Shown piece by piece: positions 17,691 to 26,568 of a stretch of DNA of 41,575 nt (position 1 is the first letter of the stretch; each line of letters opens with the position of its first letter). Source of the DNA: an uncultured Streptococcus sp. (GTDB lineage Bacteria; Bacillota; Bacilli; Lactobacillales; Streptococcaceae); assembly GCA_964590305.1 (NCBI GenBank), contig CAZPYI010000001.1, forward strand, positions 1 to 41,575, read 5' to 3'. A program made the position numbers and the translations under genes. The notes beneath the pieces were generated by a model that was given only the letters and a program-made list of their open reading frames with translations, ran no database searches and had not been told where the DNA came from.

Positions 17691-18533
17691 TTATTTTCCT
17701 GTGATCTGCTTGCGACCCCATACAATCATACTTTCGCTAGATTTATTGGATTTCTGCGGTTGTGTCTTACCTTTGTTCTGGGGTTTAGCCGCTTGAGTCT
17801 TTGGCTTTTCAGCCTTATTCTCTGTAGATGGCTTGTTCTTGTCCTCTGCTTTTTTAACTGGTGCTTTGATAACCGCATTAATACCGCTAACCATTTCAAC
17901 TTCAAAGGTCGGAACTTCACGAAATGCAATCATTACATCAGCACTATTCCCAACTCTAACCACACTAACAGCAAGCAATGAAGCTTGAACATATTGACCG
18001 CTACTTGTTGAGATTGTTAAAAACTCATCATTAAAGCATAAAGCCTCAAGAGTGTTCTTAATCCTCGTAATTCGATCATCAGTTTGTGAGTTGTCATTTA
18101 GCAGTGATGGAATATCAGTAATTGACTTAATCGAACCAAGTTTGCTGTATACACTATAAGCACGATCAGCAGCACCAAGGTACTTTCTAACCTTGCCAGC
18201 ATACCTATTCACCGTTGCTCGTGTATACGCTGTAACTGCGGTTATCCCAACAGGTAAATCAAACCTATTTAAAAGCTCATCAACTTGTGGGAAAACCTCA
18301 GAAAAAGTATCCTGAATATCGTAGTTCACAATTGTTCCACGAATTACAACAGTTCGAGAGTTTTTGATCTTGTGGTCAGAAAGCCTTGCACCAGACTCAA
18401 CAGCAGATTCAGTTAATGTAACTGAAGCCTCGAAAGATTCCTCAACGATGGCATCAAGAGTGAAGCCACCGATTGAAAAGTGACTTAGTGTGACTTTTGA
18501 TTTAAAGCCAACCAAATCATTTAAAAAACTCAT
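17691..18533 (-). CDS. Tail tube initiator / Dit-like baseplate protein
   Basis: IGGFTLDA...E......TE.AVESGA..SDH; follows the tape measure gene. Confidence 0.75.
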   Translation of the reverse strand: MSFLNDLVGFKSKVTLSHFSIGGFTLDAIVEESFEASVTLTESAVESGARLSDHKIKNSRTVVIRGTIVNYDIQDTFSEVFPQVDELLNRFDLPVGITAVTAYTRATVNRYAGKVRKYLGAADRAYSVYSKLGSIKSITDIPSLLNDNSQTDDRITRIKNTLEALCFNDEFLTISTSSGQYVQASLLAVSVVRVGNSADVMIAFREVPTFEVEMVSGINAVIKAPVKKAEDKNKPSTENKAEKPKTQAAKPQNKGKTQPQKSNKSSESMIVWGRKQITGK

Positions 18534-19891
18534 AGCTTAACCCCACTGCTCATATTTCTTTGCGCTGTATTCAATACGTTAACTAAACCGCTTTGAGTTG
18601 CTTGACCAGCTCTCACTGGATCATTAGAGCTTACACTAATAGGCGCATGAATTGTCACACTGCCACCATTGTTTGTGGTGTTATTTGAAACAGATGAAGC
18701 GCTACCGCCAACTAAACTTTTTGCACCATTAACAGCACCACTAATAAAGCTACCAATTCCGCTAAACTTATTTGTGATCCAGTCAAATGCGCGAGCAAAA
18801 GGAGCTGTAACAATATCAAATACATTGCTTAAGGCATCACTAATAGAAGATACAAATCCTTTGATTGCGCTTATAAGTTGTGTGATTTTGTTTGTCACAT
18901 AAGAAACAATTGCATCCCACGCCTTAGTCATTGCAGTAGTGATTAATCTTGCGATTGGCTCAAATAACATTGCATAGTTTTTAAACATTGATATTAAGTT
19001 ATCAATCATGTTTGACCATGCTTCACTCATTAGCTCAGTATTGCCAGTGAATAAACCATAAACTAATTGCAATACATTCATGATTACTTGAAGTGAATCA
19101 AGGAAAGCACCACCAAAGTACTTAGTCACATATGTTCCAAACTCAACAAGATACGTTATTCCTGTTTTAAGCATTTCCCATAATGAGCGCAAAGCATCCT
19201 CATTGTCCTTAACCCATCCAATCATTGAACCCCAGAACTCACCGAATTGGCTTTCACCACCATCTAGGTAAGTCATGAAGTCGTCAATCAGCAGTAGCAA
19301 TACGCCAATTGCAGCAATCACCCAAAAAATAGGATTGGTGACAAATGCAAGAAGCATTGCTCTTTTCAGCCAAACAAAGACGCCAATTAAGACAATTAAA
19401 GCACCCTTCCATCCTATTGTTGCTTCAATGACTTTTACAATAAATCTTACCGTATTGTTTACTACTTGAGATATCTTGCTTATTGCATCGAGAAGTTTAA
19501 GGATGCCATTTGCAATAAGATCCTTATTGGCATCAAGAAATTCATTAAAAGTGTCTACCATCTCCATCATAGTAGGAAGGAAGCCAAAGGCCACCTTAAC
19601 CTTGACGCTTTCGATTATCTTGCCAAGTTTACCCATGCCCTCCTCATACTTCTTAGACATTTCTACTTGGTCTTTTGTAATAGTAAATAAATCACTATTG
19701 GCTTGGCTTAATTCTTCAGCTCTGCGAATATAACTATCCGCAAAGTTCCACGCTGCCAAAGAAACTGCTTTCAATGCACCAACAACAACAGCCCCGATAC
19801 TAGCAACTTTTGTCAATGCGTCACCGAAAGACTTTACTTTTTCAGTTTCAGTTTCAGCACCAAGCATTACCAAAAATTCTTCTAAAATCAA
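18530..19891 (-). CDS. Tape measure protein
   Basis: 453 aa helical protein with periodic W/F and central hydrophobic segment; follows the tail chaperones; TTG start. Confidence 0.85.
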   Translation of the reverse strand: MILEEFLVMLGAETETEKVKSFGDALTKVASIGAVVVGALKAVSLAAWNFADSYIRRAEELSQANSDLFTITKDQVEMSKKYEEGMGKLGKIIESVKVKVAFGFLPTMMEMVDTFNEFLDANKDLIANGILKLLDAISKISQVVNNTVRFIVKVIEATIGWKGALIVLIGVFVWLKRAMLLAFVTNPIFWVIAAIGVLLLLIDDFMTYLDGGESQFGEFWGSMIGWVKDNEDALRSLWEMLKTGITYLVEFGTYVTKYFGGAFLDSLQVIMNVLQLVYGLFTGNTELMSEAWSNMIDNLISMFKNYAMLFEPIARLITTAMTKAWDAIVSYVTNKITQLISAIKGFVSSISDALSNVFDIVTAPFARAFDWITNKFSGIGSFISGAVNGAKSLVGGSASSVSNNTTNNGGSVTIHAPISVSSNDPVRAGQATQSGLVNVLNTAQRNMSSGVKL

Positions 19892-19895
19892 GGCT

Positions 19896-20150
19896 TTATC
19901 CTCTATTGTTTAACTCAGCATTTCTCGAATCTTCTTCCGCTTGAACATCAAGGATTGCTTCGTGAGCATCAAGCGCATCGTAAAGAGTTACTACACCAGT
20001 CTTAACCTCTGATAATGTATAGTAACCCTTTAAGATTGGAGTCCATAAAAACCAATTAACATCTAATTCACTGGCTTCTCTATGAGCATTTTGTTGACCG
20101 CTTTGTTTGCCAAGTTTGCTAGCAATCCTGTTCCACTTGGCAAAAACTTT
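19896..20150 (-). CDS. Tail assembly chaperone, -1 frameshift extension (gpT-like)
   Basis: -1 frame open from ~20190 to TAA 19896, encoding ...VNWFLWTPILKGYYTLSEVKTGVVTLYDALDAHEAILD...; no in-frame ATG seen. Confidence 0.75.
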   Translation of the reverse strand, partial: KVFAKWNRIASKLGKQSGQQNAHREASELDVNWFLWTPILKGYYTLSEVKTGVVTLYDALDAHEAILDVQAEEDSRNAELNNRG

Positions 20151-20620
20151 ACAAAATGAAACTTGATGCCTTCCATCTGGAAGTTTAGATAGTGATCAGC
20201 ATGAAGATTAAAAACATAGTTAATTTCATCCTTTTTAGCTGTATCAACTTGTAGCCATTCTCCATCATGCTTTAAGAAAAGCTTACAGTTTTTCAGGATG
20301 AATTGCTCAACAGATTTCATTGCTGAAGAATTGATATTGCCAATGATTTTTGCAAAATCTAAATCAAGGTCAATATCTGAAACCTCTTTACCTTCTTCAT
20401 TCTTGCGCTTAACTGTTTTTGCTTTTAATGAACCATCAAGCAAGTTAAGTAATTCAAATGCTTTAGACTTTGAAAGCTCCATATCTCCATTTTCAACAAA
20501 GATAACCTTTAAGTGTTCTTCAAGGAAAGTTTGACCAGATTCATCCGATTTATCTTTAACTCCAAAAACTACATCACGAGTCTTTGGAGTATATGAATTA
20601 ATTAAATGCTGAATTGACAT
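20063..20620 (-). CDS. Tail assembly chaperone (gpG-like)
   Basis: Lies between tail tube and tape measure genes. Confidence 0.75.
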   Translation of the reverse strand: MSIQHLINSYTPKTRDVVFGVKDKSDESGQTFLEEHLKVIFVENGDMELSKSKAFELLNLLDGSLKAKTVKRKNEEGKEVSDIDLDLDFAKIIGNINSSAMKSVEQFILKNCKLFLKHDGEWLQVDTAKKDEINYVFNLHADHYLNFQMEGIKFHFVKFLPSGTGLLANLANKAVNKMLIEKPVN

Positions 20621-20623
20621 TTA

Positions 20624-21043
20624 TTATTGATCCTTAAATTTCTTAATAGCTTTCGGGAAATGAATAATCCAAGCGTTAGGATTGGCAGCAGTACCACGCG
20701 CATATGTGCCACCGTTAACAATTCGACCACCAGTAGCAACAATTTCGTCACCATTGATAGGGTCATTATACTTGTGTTGGATCACGTTATCCATGCTTGG
20801 GTTTAACTTCTGGTCATCAAATAACTTTTGCAAAAATCCATTATCAGGATGGTTTTGCAATAAGGTTAAAGTTAAAACTTCAATTGTTGAACCAGAATCT
20901 ACCCAAATGTTTGTGCCAAAAGATCCAGTGAACGCACCAGAATCAGCAGCAGGGGCAAGACTGTAACTCCCTGCTGAAGGATCACAACCAGTAATGGTGC
21001 GACCATTGATTACAATCTGACTGCGACTATGTGAATAAATCAT
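20624..21043 (-). CDS. Tail tube protein (DUF3277-like)
   Basis: INGRTITG, LTLTLLQNHPDN.FL; follows the sheath gene. Confidence 0.8.
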   Translation of the reverse strand: MIYSHSRSQIVINGRTITGCDPSAGSYSLAPAADSGAFTGSFGTNIWVDSGSTIEVLTLTLLQNHPDNGFLQKLFDDQKLNPSMDNVIQHKYNDPINGDEIVATGGRIVNGGTYARGTAANPNAWIIHFPKAIKKFKDQ

Positions 21044-21053
21044 TTCTCACCCC

Positions 21054-22547
21054 TTATTGATTTAATGTAATAAGGATATCAGCAGAGTGCATAAATCCTG
21101 AATATTTTAACGCCACATTGATTGGCATACCTTTACGCGCTTCACGGTCAGCAGTTGTTTGTAATGCAAATGGATCGCTATAGAAGTAATAGCCATCTTC
21201 CACATAATCACCAGTTTTAAGATTACCAATAGGTGCAAGTGTCCAAGTACCTGTTGAAATAGAACCGTTACGATTGAACATAGCACCAACAATAAGCAAA
21301 GCACCAATTAAAGCTTGTTGACCATCATCATCTTGCGGAACATTATTGCGAGCAATATAGTTAAATGCCTCAACTTGAATGTAATCAAGGAAAGCATCCT
21401 TAAATACTGTTACGTCAATCCACTCACCGCCAAGCATTTCACCTTCAGCCACCATATTGTAAGAGCGAACATCGGTGTAGTAGTTAATACCTAAAGCATC
21501 ACATTTGTCAGCAATGTTGGTAGTGACATTTGCATCTGAAATAACAAGTGGTTGTTGCTTAAACTTGTTAGTTTGTGCTGTATTTGAACCAGCCCAATTG
21601 ACTGACGTTGCTTGGATAAGCAATTGAACAACAGCATGTTTCTGACCAGTTTTATTGTATTGTGCCATCATACGACCGCTATTCATTTTAGCAATCTTAT
21701 ATAATGGGTTAGCTTCAGTATATTCAATTTCGCTATCTTTGGTAGCTGTATAAGCACCGATACGCTGGAACTCGCTTGAAACAATCCACTCATGAAGTTC
21801 TAGCAATTCATCGTTAGTCATTACTTCGCTATTATATACACCATAGAAATCTTGCGTTAATTCAGTAAGATCAACTAAAGCGCGAGCAATAGACTCTGTT
21901 TTACCTGTGATAGCTTCATAACCAACAACAACAACAGGATTATAAGATGATGCCAAGCGAGTAGCATTCATAATATTTTGACCAAAGTTTGTTGTAACTG
22001 TGATGTTATCTGTTGATACATCAAGTCCCTCAAGTTTAGCTTGCAATACATACTTACCATCGTTAAGCGCAAACTCAAACATTGAGCTTTCACCCAAAGC
22101 AGCATTTAAAGCAGTCACAACGGCAGCATGGTTTGCCAGTGTTGCAGATAACAAATCAGCATTAACAACTTCAGTAACTTCATTAGATGTAATCGTGAAG
22201 TTAAATAGGTTATTAAAGCTAATTAGCATTGCTGGCGTCTGTGTTGCCATAATTGCGTTTGCTGTAGCTGGTTGTGATGTGCCATCTTTGTTCCATAAAG
22301 CAACCATAACTTTACTTGGTGGAGTTGCCGCGCCAAATGCCATTTTAGAAGCTGCATAAACTTCTGAGTCTAAGCCAAATAAGCGCCCGACCTCATCAGA
22401 AGATGAAACAGTTACATAGCGACCTTTAGTCATGACCATATTAAACTTATGTGTCAGAATTACAGGCACAGTAAAATCACGCACTGACATGGCGCGCGGT
22501 ACGTTTCGGAATGAAGCCCGAATATGTCGATTTAATGGAATGCTCAT
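21054..22547 (-). CDS. Tail sheath protein (DUF3383-like)
   Basis: FGLDSEVY.A, T.KFKQ, GINYY, EG.M.GGEWID, DREARK..PI.VA. Confidence 0.9.
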   Translation of the reverse strand: MSIPLNRHIRASFRNVPRAMSVRDFTVPVILTHKFNMVMTKGRYVTVSSSDEVGRLFGLDSEVYAASKMAFGAATPPSKVMVALWNKDGTSQPATANAIMATQTPAMLISFNNLFNFTITSNEVTEVVNADLLSATLANHAAVVTALNAALGESSMFEFALNDGKYVLQAKLEGLDVSTDNITVTTNFGQNIMNATRLASSYNPVVVVGYEAITGKTESIARALVDLTELTQDFYGVYNSEVMTNDELLELHEWIVSSEFQRIGAYTATKDSEIEYTEANPLYKIAKMNSGRMMAQYNKTGQKHAVVQLLIQATSVNWAGSNTAQTNKFKQQPLVISDANVTTNIADKCDALGINYYTDVRSYNMVAEGEMLGGEWIDVTVFKDAFLDYIQVEAFNYIARNNVPQDDDGQQALIGALLIVGAMFNRNGSISTGTWTLAPIGNLKTGDYVEDGYYFYSDPFALQTTADREARKGMPINVALKYSGFMHSADILITLNQ

Positions 22548-23041
22548 TGATTTAATACCAATCCTATTTCTACAGAATCTATTCTATTCTGTTCATGTTC
22601 AATAATAAAGTCATGGCTTAGAATCATTTGAAATTCAGCACGTTCTTCATAGCCACCACCGAAAGGAATCGTTAAATCTTGCACAGGCGTAATATTAACT
22701 AAACCAGCCTTTATTCTATCAAATAAATATTTAGATTGCTCTGTATATAAGCACTCTTGAGTGAATTCAGCCATAGTCATAGCATTGTTTCCGTGAAAAG
22801 AAATAATGGCGGTAGTTTCTCTCTGACCTTCAATTCTTCTGACTTCGGTAGACTTGTTAAATTTCTTGTAATTACCAAGTCTAGCAGATGGTTGAAGTCT
22901 AACCATAACAAAGAATGGAATAGCTGAAACGTCTTGCTGTCTGCCAAATTCCATCACATGATTAATGTCAATATTCATAAGATCAGAAATCAATGATCGA
23001 ATATCAACATTCTTTAAATCTTGTTTAATAACTATTGGCAT
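22544..23041 (-). CDS. Neck / tail terminator protein
   Basis: ISFHG.NA, VQDLT...GGGYEERA; upstream of the sheath gene. Confidence 0.75.
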   Translation of the reverse strand: MPIVIKQDLKNVDIRSLISDLMNIDINHVMEFGRQQDVSAIPFFVMVRLQPSARLGNYKKFNKSTEVRRIEGQRETTAIISFHGNNAMTMAEFTQECLYTEQSKYLFDRIKAGLVNITPVQDLTIPFGGGYEERAEFQMILSHDFIIEHEQNRIDSVEIGLVLNQ

Positions 23042-23044
23042 AAA

Positions 23045-23422
23045 TCACCCATAAGGAAGCTTAAAGCCACCATTTTTCATATCTTCAACACCATCATACA
23101 GTATAAAGATATTGTCGGCATAACCATATTTGTCGAAATCCTGATCCGTTACAGCACGGTATTTTTTTCCGTTCATGCGTAGGTAGTCACCGACCTTGAC
23201 CGAGCGCACGTTAGTAAAAAATTGGTATTGCGCCTTGAATCTTTCCGCTTCGGGTAGGCGTTGTAATGCTTCGTCACCCAACGGCTGAGTGTTGGCGTTA
23301 ATCGTTACCCATTCAACCGATTCAACAGGCTTGCCGTTCACAATAGTTCGTGTCGTGATGCCGACCTCATGCGGTTCGGTAAATAGCAGATCGTCTAGCA
23401 GTTCGGATATATTTATAAGCAT
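23045..23422 (-). CDS. Head closure / head-tail adaptor
   Basis: INISELL.D..F, QP....LQRLPE.ER, D.....G..Y, DF..YGY. Confidence 0.75.
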   Translation of the reverse strand: MLINISELLDDLLFTEPHEVGITTRTIVNGKPVESVEWVTINANTQPLGDEALQRLPEAERFKAQYQFFTNVRSVKVGDYLRMNGKKYRAVTDQDFDKYGYADNIFILYDGVEDMKNGGFKLPYG

Positions 23423-23458
23423 AAAAAAGCCCCATCATTGATAGGGCTTAGTTTATCA
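23423..23458 (-). terminator. Terminator hairpin abutting the next ATG, with an upstream TGnTAAACT -10-like box
   Basis: TGA-TAAACT-AAGCCCTATCAATGATGGGGCTT-TTTT-ATG. Confidence 0.7.
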
Positions 23459-23490
23459 CCTAATTACTATCTCTTGTAATCACAATAATT

Positions 23491-24048
23491 TTATTGATTA
23501 ATAGGCTTTAGGTTCTCTACCTCGCTACCAAGCAGACATAGTGACTCCCATCCACTACTCAGAAACAACATAACATGTATTGTTTCAGATAAGCCCATCT
23601 CGTATTCTTCTTTAAAAATATCTTTTGCATAAACAATCTTACCATTGCTTGATTCTCTGTAGTGTGTAGCTCCACTTGGAACGCAATCCAAAAGATTAAC
23701 ATCTTTCTTCGTAGCCTTTCTCAAGTCATGAGAATAAAAACAATACTCTTCGGTGTTGCTATCGTGACTGCAAAATACTTTGTTGCCATCAATGCGAGAA
23801 ACCGTATAAATAGGAGATGATTTTAGGTAATCTCTTGCAACTAGATCACCTTTCTTAAAATATCCATTATCCAAGGAGCTAGCTAAGCATCTGCCTATTT
23901 CAAGTGTTTCTATATTCTGCACATAACATAGACCATTGGCCGTAGCTGAAAAATCAAGTATCTGGTATTTTTCATTGCCATCTATATGGCGATAGATTTG
24001 CCCAATAGATAATCCATTCTTTGCTTTATCTTTAAAAAATCCAAACAT
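23491..24048 (-). CDS. Moron-like hypothetical protein with a C-terminal PxGATHY domain
   Basis: 185 aa; inserted among neck genes with its own promoter and terminator; VPSGATHY...LKPI. Confidence 0.75.
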   Translation of the reverse strand: MFGFFKDKAKNGLSIGQIYRHIDGNEKYQILDFSATANGLCYVQNIETLEIGRCLASSLDNGYFKKGDLVARDYLKSSPIYTVSRIDGNKVFCSHDSNTEEYCFYSHDLRKATKKDVNLLDCVPSGATHYRESSNGKIVYAKDIFKEEYEMGLSETIHVMLFLSSGWESLCLLGSEVENLKPINQ

Positions 24049-24079
24049 ATCTCAACCCTCATTGATACCTATAAATTAA

Positions 24080-24142
24080 TGTGGCAGTCGTGTAGGTTGC
24101 ACGATGTTCGGAAGCTATCCTAGCCACACGATTATTATATCA
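24080..24142 (-). promoter_or_regulatory. Extended -10 promoter plus structured 5' leader
   Basis: TGA-TATAAT at 24142-24134; three-way junction TGTGGC/GCCACA, GGA/TCC, TCGTG/CACGA. Confidence 0.65.
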
Positions 24143-24631
24143 ATTTCTTACTTCATAAGTAATACTGCTTCTCAATTCTCCTGTATCGATTAACGGCTTA
24201 CTACTCCCCTTCCGATCAATGGTTTTTTGCTTCAATGGTGCAAAATCTCCACTAACGAAATAATCCTTAACATCGTTGGATGCGACAATGCCGATCTTCT
24301 CATAAACAACATTTGGATCTGTGCCATTGGCTAAGGCATTTTTAATACCTTGCGCCATTAGATCAACATATTTTTGAGAGTTTTTCTGTATTGTTGGCAC
24401 TAGCACAGGTCTAGCGGGTATCCCTCTAGATGGTGCGCCAAGCTCGTGCGCTGCAAGTATTGTCGCGTTATTGGTTGCATACTTGTTAGCAATGATTGTT
24501 AGCTTATCTTTTCGTCGTTTCTTTCGACTTCCACCCGATGGAACACCAATATAAACTTTGGGTTTGCCAATCTCTCGCATACGCTGAATTAATCCAGCAA
24601 TGCCACCATTGTGTGAGTTGCGTATAATCAT
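24140..24631 (-). CDS. Neck/tail completion protein (HK97 gp10-like; start revised to MIIRN)
   Basis: VYIGVP, HELG....IPARP, APL...TI.RKGSSKPLIDTGELR.SITYEV. Confidence 0.85.
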   Translation of the reverse strand: MIIRNSHNGGIAGLIQRMREIGKPKVYIGVPSGGSRKKRRKDKLTIIANKYATNNATILAAHELGAPSRGIPARPVLVPTIQKNSQKYVDLMAQGIKNALANGTDPNVVYEKIGIVASNDVKDYFVSGDFAPLKQKTIDRKGSSKPLIDTGELRSSITYEVRN

Positions 24632-24632
24632 A

Positions 24633-25010
24633 TTAAAATACTCTTCCAGTTGGTTTGACCATAGAACGCAAATCCCAATATAAACGCCCATAAATTGACA
24701 ATGCAAACTCTCCAGCATCAATATACTTTGTCGCGCCTTGATCTGTGTATCCAATAGATAGCTTACCAACACTCTTAGACGTTGCAGTCAAAGGAATTGT
24801 ATCAATAGGATTTCCATCCTTCCCACCAGTACGCATGTAAACCGTATGAGCCATTAGAGCGAGAAAACCCTCCTCGTATAGATTAGTCCACACACTCTCT
24901 TTAATGCGCTTATCAGCAAAATCATAAGCCATTGAGATAATTAATTCTGGCTTGTCTGCAAACTGAGGATACCAAATCTTAAACTTGGCTATCATTTCTT
25001 CTTTTGTCAT
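24633..25010 (-). CDS. Head-tail connector (DUF4054-like)
   Basis: F...YPQF, L.AH, SKSVG.LSI.Y, S.YG..YW. Confidence 0.85.
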   Translation of the reverse strand: MTKEEMIAKFKIWYPQFADKPELIISMAYDFADKRIKESVWTNLYEEGFLALMAHTVYMRTGGKDGNPIDTIPLTATSKSVGKLSIGYTDQGATKYIDAGEFALSIYGRLYWDLRSMVKPTGRVF

Positions 25011-25043
25011 AATAAAAACCCATCGTGTGATGGGTTTAGTTTA
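25011..25043 (-). terminator. Terminator hairpin abutting the next ATG, with an upstream TAAACT box
   Basis: TAAACT-AAACCCATC-acac-GATGGGTTT-TTATT-ATG. Confidence 0.7.
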
Positions 25044-25045
25044 TC

Positions 25046-25171
25046 CTATTTTCTGCTCTTTATTAATATGATGAAATCTATAATTCCCTCAATCACCTTT
25101 CTTTTTTCTCTAAGGTAGCGAAGCCTAGCTCTTCCTTTTAAGAGTTTCAGCCTAATCAATATATATTGCAT
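25046..25171 (-). CDS. Small basic hypothetical protein (not in ORF track)
   Basis: 41 aa MQYILIRLKLLKGRARLRYLREKRK...; GAGG RBS. Confidence 0.5.
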   Translation of the reverse strand: MQYILIRLKLLKGRARLRYLREKRKVIEGIIDFIILIKSRK

Positions 25172-25178
25172 ATCAACC

Positions 25179-25379
25179 TCAAATATAATTTTTTAAATTT
25201 TCTTTAGTTTCACAAACAAACGTCACAGAGGTCATATCTGGATTAGGCTTGCTTGTGTGTTGCGCTTCAATGCGTGCCTGATTTTGACAAGCAAACTTAC
25301 TTGTGAATGATTCAGCATATTGATAAATCATTGTATTGCCATCTGCCAAAGTCATAATACAAAACATAAATACTTTCAT
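25179..25379 (-). CDS. Small Cys-pair moron protein
   Basis: 66 aa; AGGAGG RBS; F.S..AC ... VC pattern. Confidence 0.7.
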   Translation of the reverse strand: MKVFMFCIMTLADGNTMIYQYAESFTSKFACQNQARIEAQHTSKPNPDMTSVTFVCETKENLKNYI

Positions 25380-25403
25380 GGTTTCCTCCTAAAGAATAAG
25401 CCA

Positions 25404-25451
25404 ATCATAGAATGACAGGCTTAATACGTCTAATGAAAAGAAGTTATGAGT
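25404..25451 (-). promoter_or_regulatory. Conserved phage promoter, copy 2
   Basis: ACTCATAA-N6-TTCATTA-N21-TATGAT. Confidence 0.75.
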
Positions 25452-25505
25452 CAATAATCAAAACAACAGATATAAGTTATATGTTTTATGTAAACCCTCA
25501 TGTAG

Positions 25506-25532
25506 AAAAGCACCGCATTACGCAGTGCTTTT
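25506..25532 (-). terminator. Intrinsic terminator after the capsid gene (possibly bidirectional)
   Basis: AAAAGCACTGC-gtaat-GCGGTGCTTTT. Confidence 0.8.
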
Positions 25533-25536
25533 GTGT

Positions 25537-25606
25537 TTAGCCTTTACTTGGCTTTAATCCTTTCTGGGGTGTTAGTCCCTTTCTAGGAACTAGCCCCGTC
25601 TTAGGG
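25537..25606 (-). other. Putative +1 frameshift extension of the major capsid protein
   Basis: CCC-TAA at the MCP end; +1 frame reads PKTGLV PRKGLT PQKGLK PSKG-stop and ends 4 nt before the terminator. Confidence 0.7.
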
Positions 25607-26566
25607 CGTAGCAGCAGTTGTTTTATAATCAGCGTATACGGCAGATTGTGGTTGTTTCCACATAGCACCACCAAAAGCAGACTCATAACCTGATTCCCAA
25701 GTTAATAGGTCGCGTTGGCGAACTGGAAGCAATTCAGGCATATGAACACGCATTTCCACATACATAGGATCATGTACATAAACAACCATGCGAGTTTTAC
25801 CAGAAGCAATACCAACAGCATAACTAGAAGGGATCTTAACAAAGGTCAAACCAACATCTTGACCATCATTTGCCTCTTTAAGTGCCGCACGGATACGAGC
25901 CATTGCAGATACAGGAAGCATATCAGCACCAACGATTGAGCTATTTGGATCAAACTTAGCCATAAGCTCCATGTAATCGCCAGCATCCATAGCAATGTGT
26001 GTAGGCTTAACACGGTATCCAGATTTCTGCCAAGCGCGCTTATACAAGCCAATAATAAACGTAACAGCTTCAGCAGAGGTCATTTCATCAATGCCTTTAG
26101 CTTCAGTTGCGATATCAATACCAGTACCTGTTAATAATCCCTCTTGACCTTTGATGTCTTGATGACCTAAGTATCCAGCATATTGCAAGGTAGCCATAGC
26201 ATTGGCATAAAGATTGTCAATCTTAACTGTTTCAAGATTTTGCCCTAAACGCTCAACAGTACGCAACTCTTGTTTAGTCCAAGTTGCAGCCTTACCCCAT
26301 GCGCCAACAGGTGCTTTTTTCCACTCGATATCGCTATCAATAGTACGCAAAGAGTTTGTTTTGTAACCAATGATGCCGTCTTTCACAGAACCAACAACAG
26401 TCACAACGCCAAATTCAGCAAACTTATCAGCCAAATCAAGAGTGTCATCAATAGGCAAAGCCTCACCGATGTTGATTTCAGGCAATACAGTTTCCTGTAA
26501 AGTTGTATCACGTTCTGTTAGAGCTTCCTCAAGAACTGATTGAATGTCTACATTTTCTAAAGGCAT
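25601..26566 (-). CDS. Major capsid protein (DUF2184-like, HK97 fold)
   Basis: 321 aa; GYLGH....GQEGLL, PTHIAM, RMVVY, FGGAMWKQP.SA.Y.D; follows the cement gene. Confidence 0.88.
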   Translation of the reverse strand: MPLENVDIQSVLEEALTERDTTLQETVLPEINIGEALPIDDTLDLADKFAEFGVVTVVGSVKDGIIGYKTNSLRTIDSDIEWKKAPVGAWGKAATWTKQELRTVERLGQNLETVKIDNLYANAMATLQYAGYLGHQDIKGQEGLLTGTGIDIATEAKGIDEMTSAEAVTFIIGLYKRAWQKSGYRVKPTHIAMDAGDYMELMAKFDPNSSIVGADMLPVSAMARIRAALKEANDGQDVGLTFVKIPSSYAVGIASGKTRMVVYVHDPMYVEMRVHMPELLPVRQRDLLTWESGYESAFGGAMWKQPQSAVYADYKTTAATP

Positions 26567-26568
26567 TT

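Noticed and set aside
6020-25395. Repeated CCTCCTAAAGAA at ~6021 and ~25385
   Set aside because: Explained as two strong Shine-Dalgarno regions (TTCTTTAGGAGG on the minus strand)
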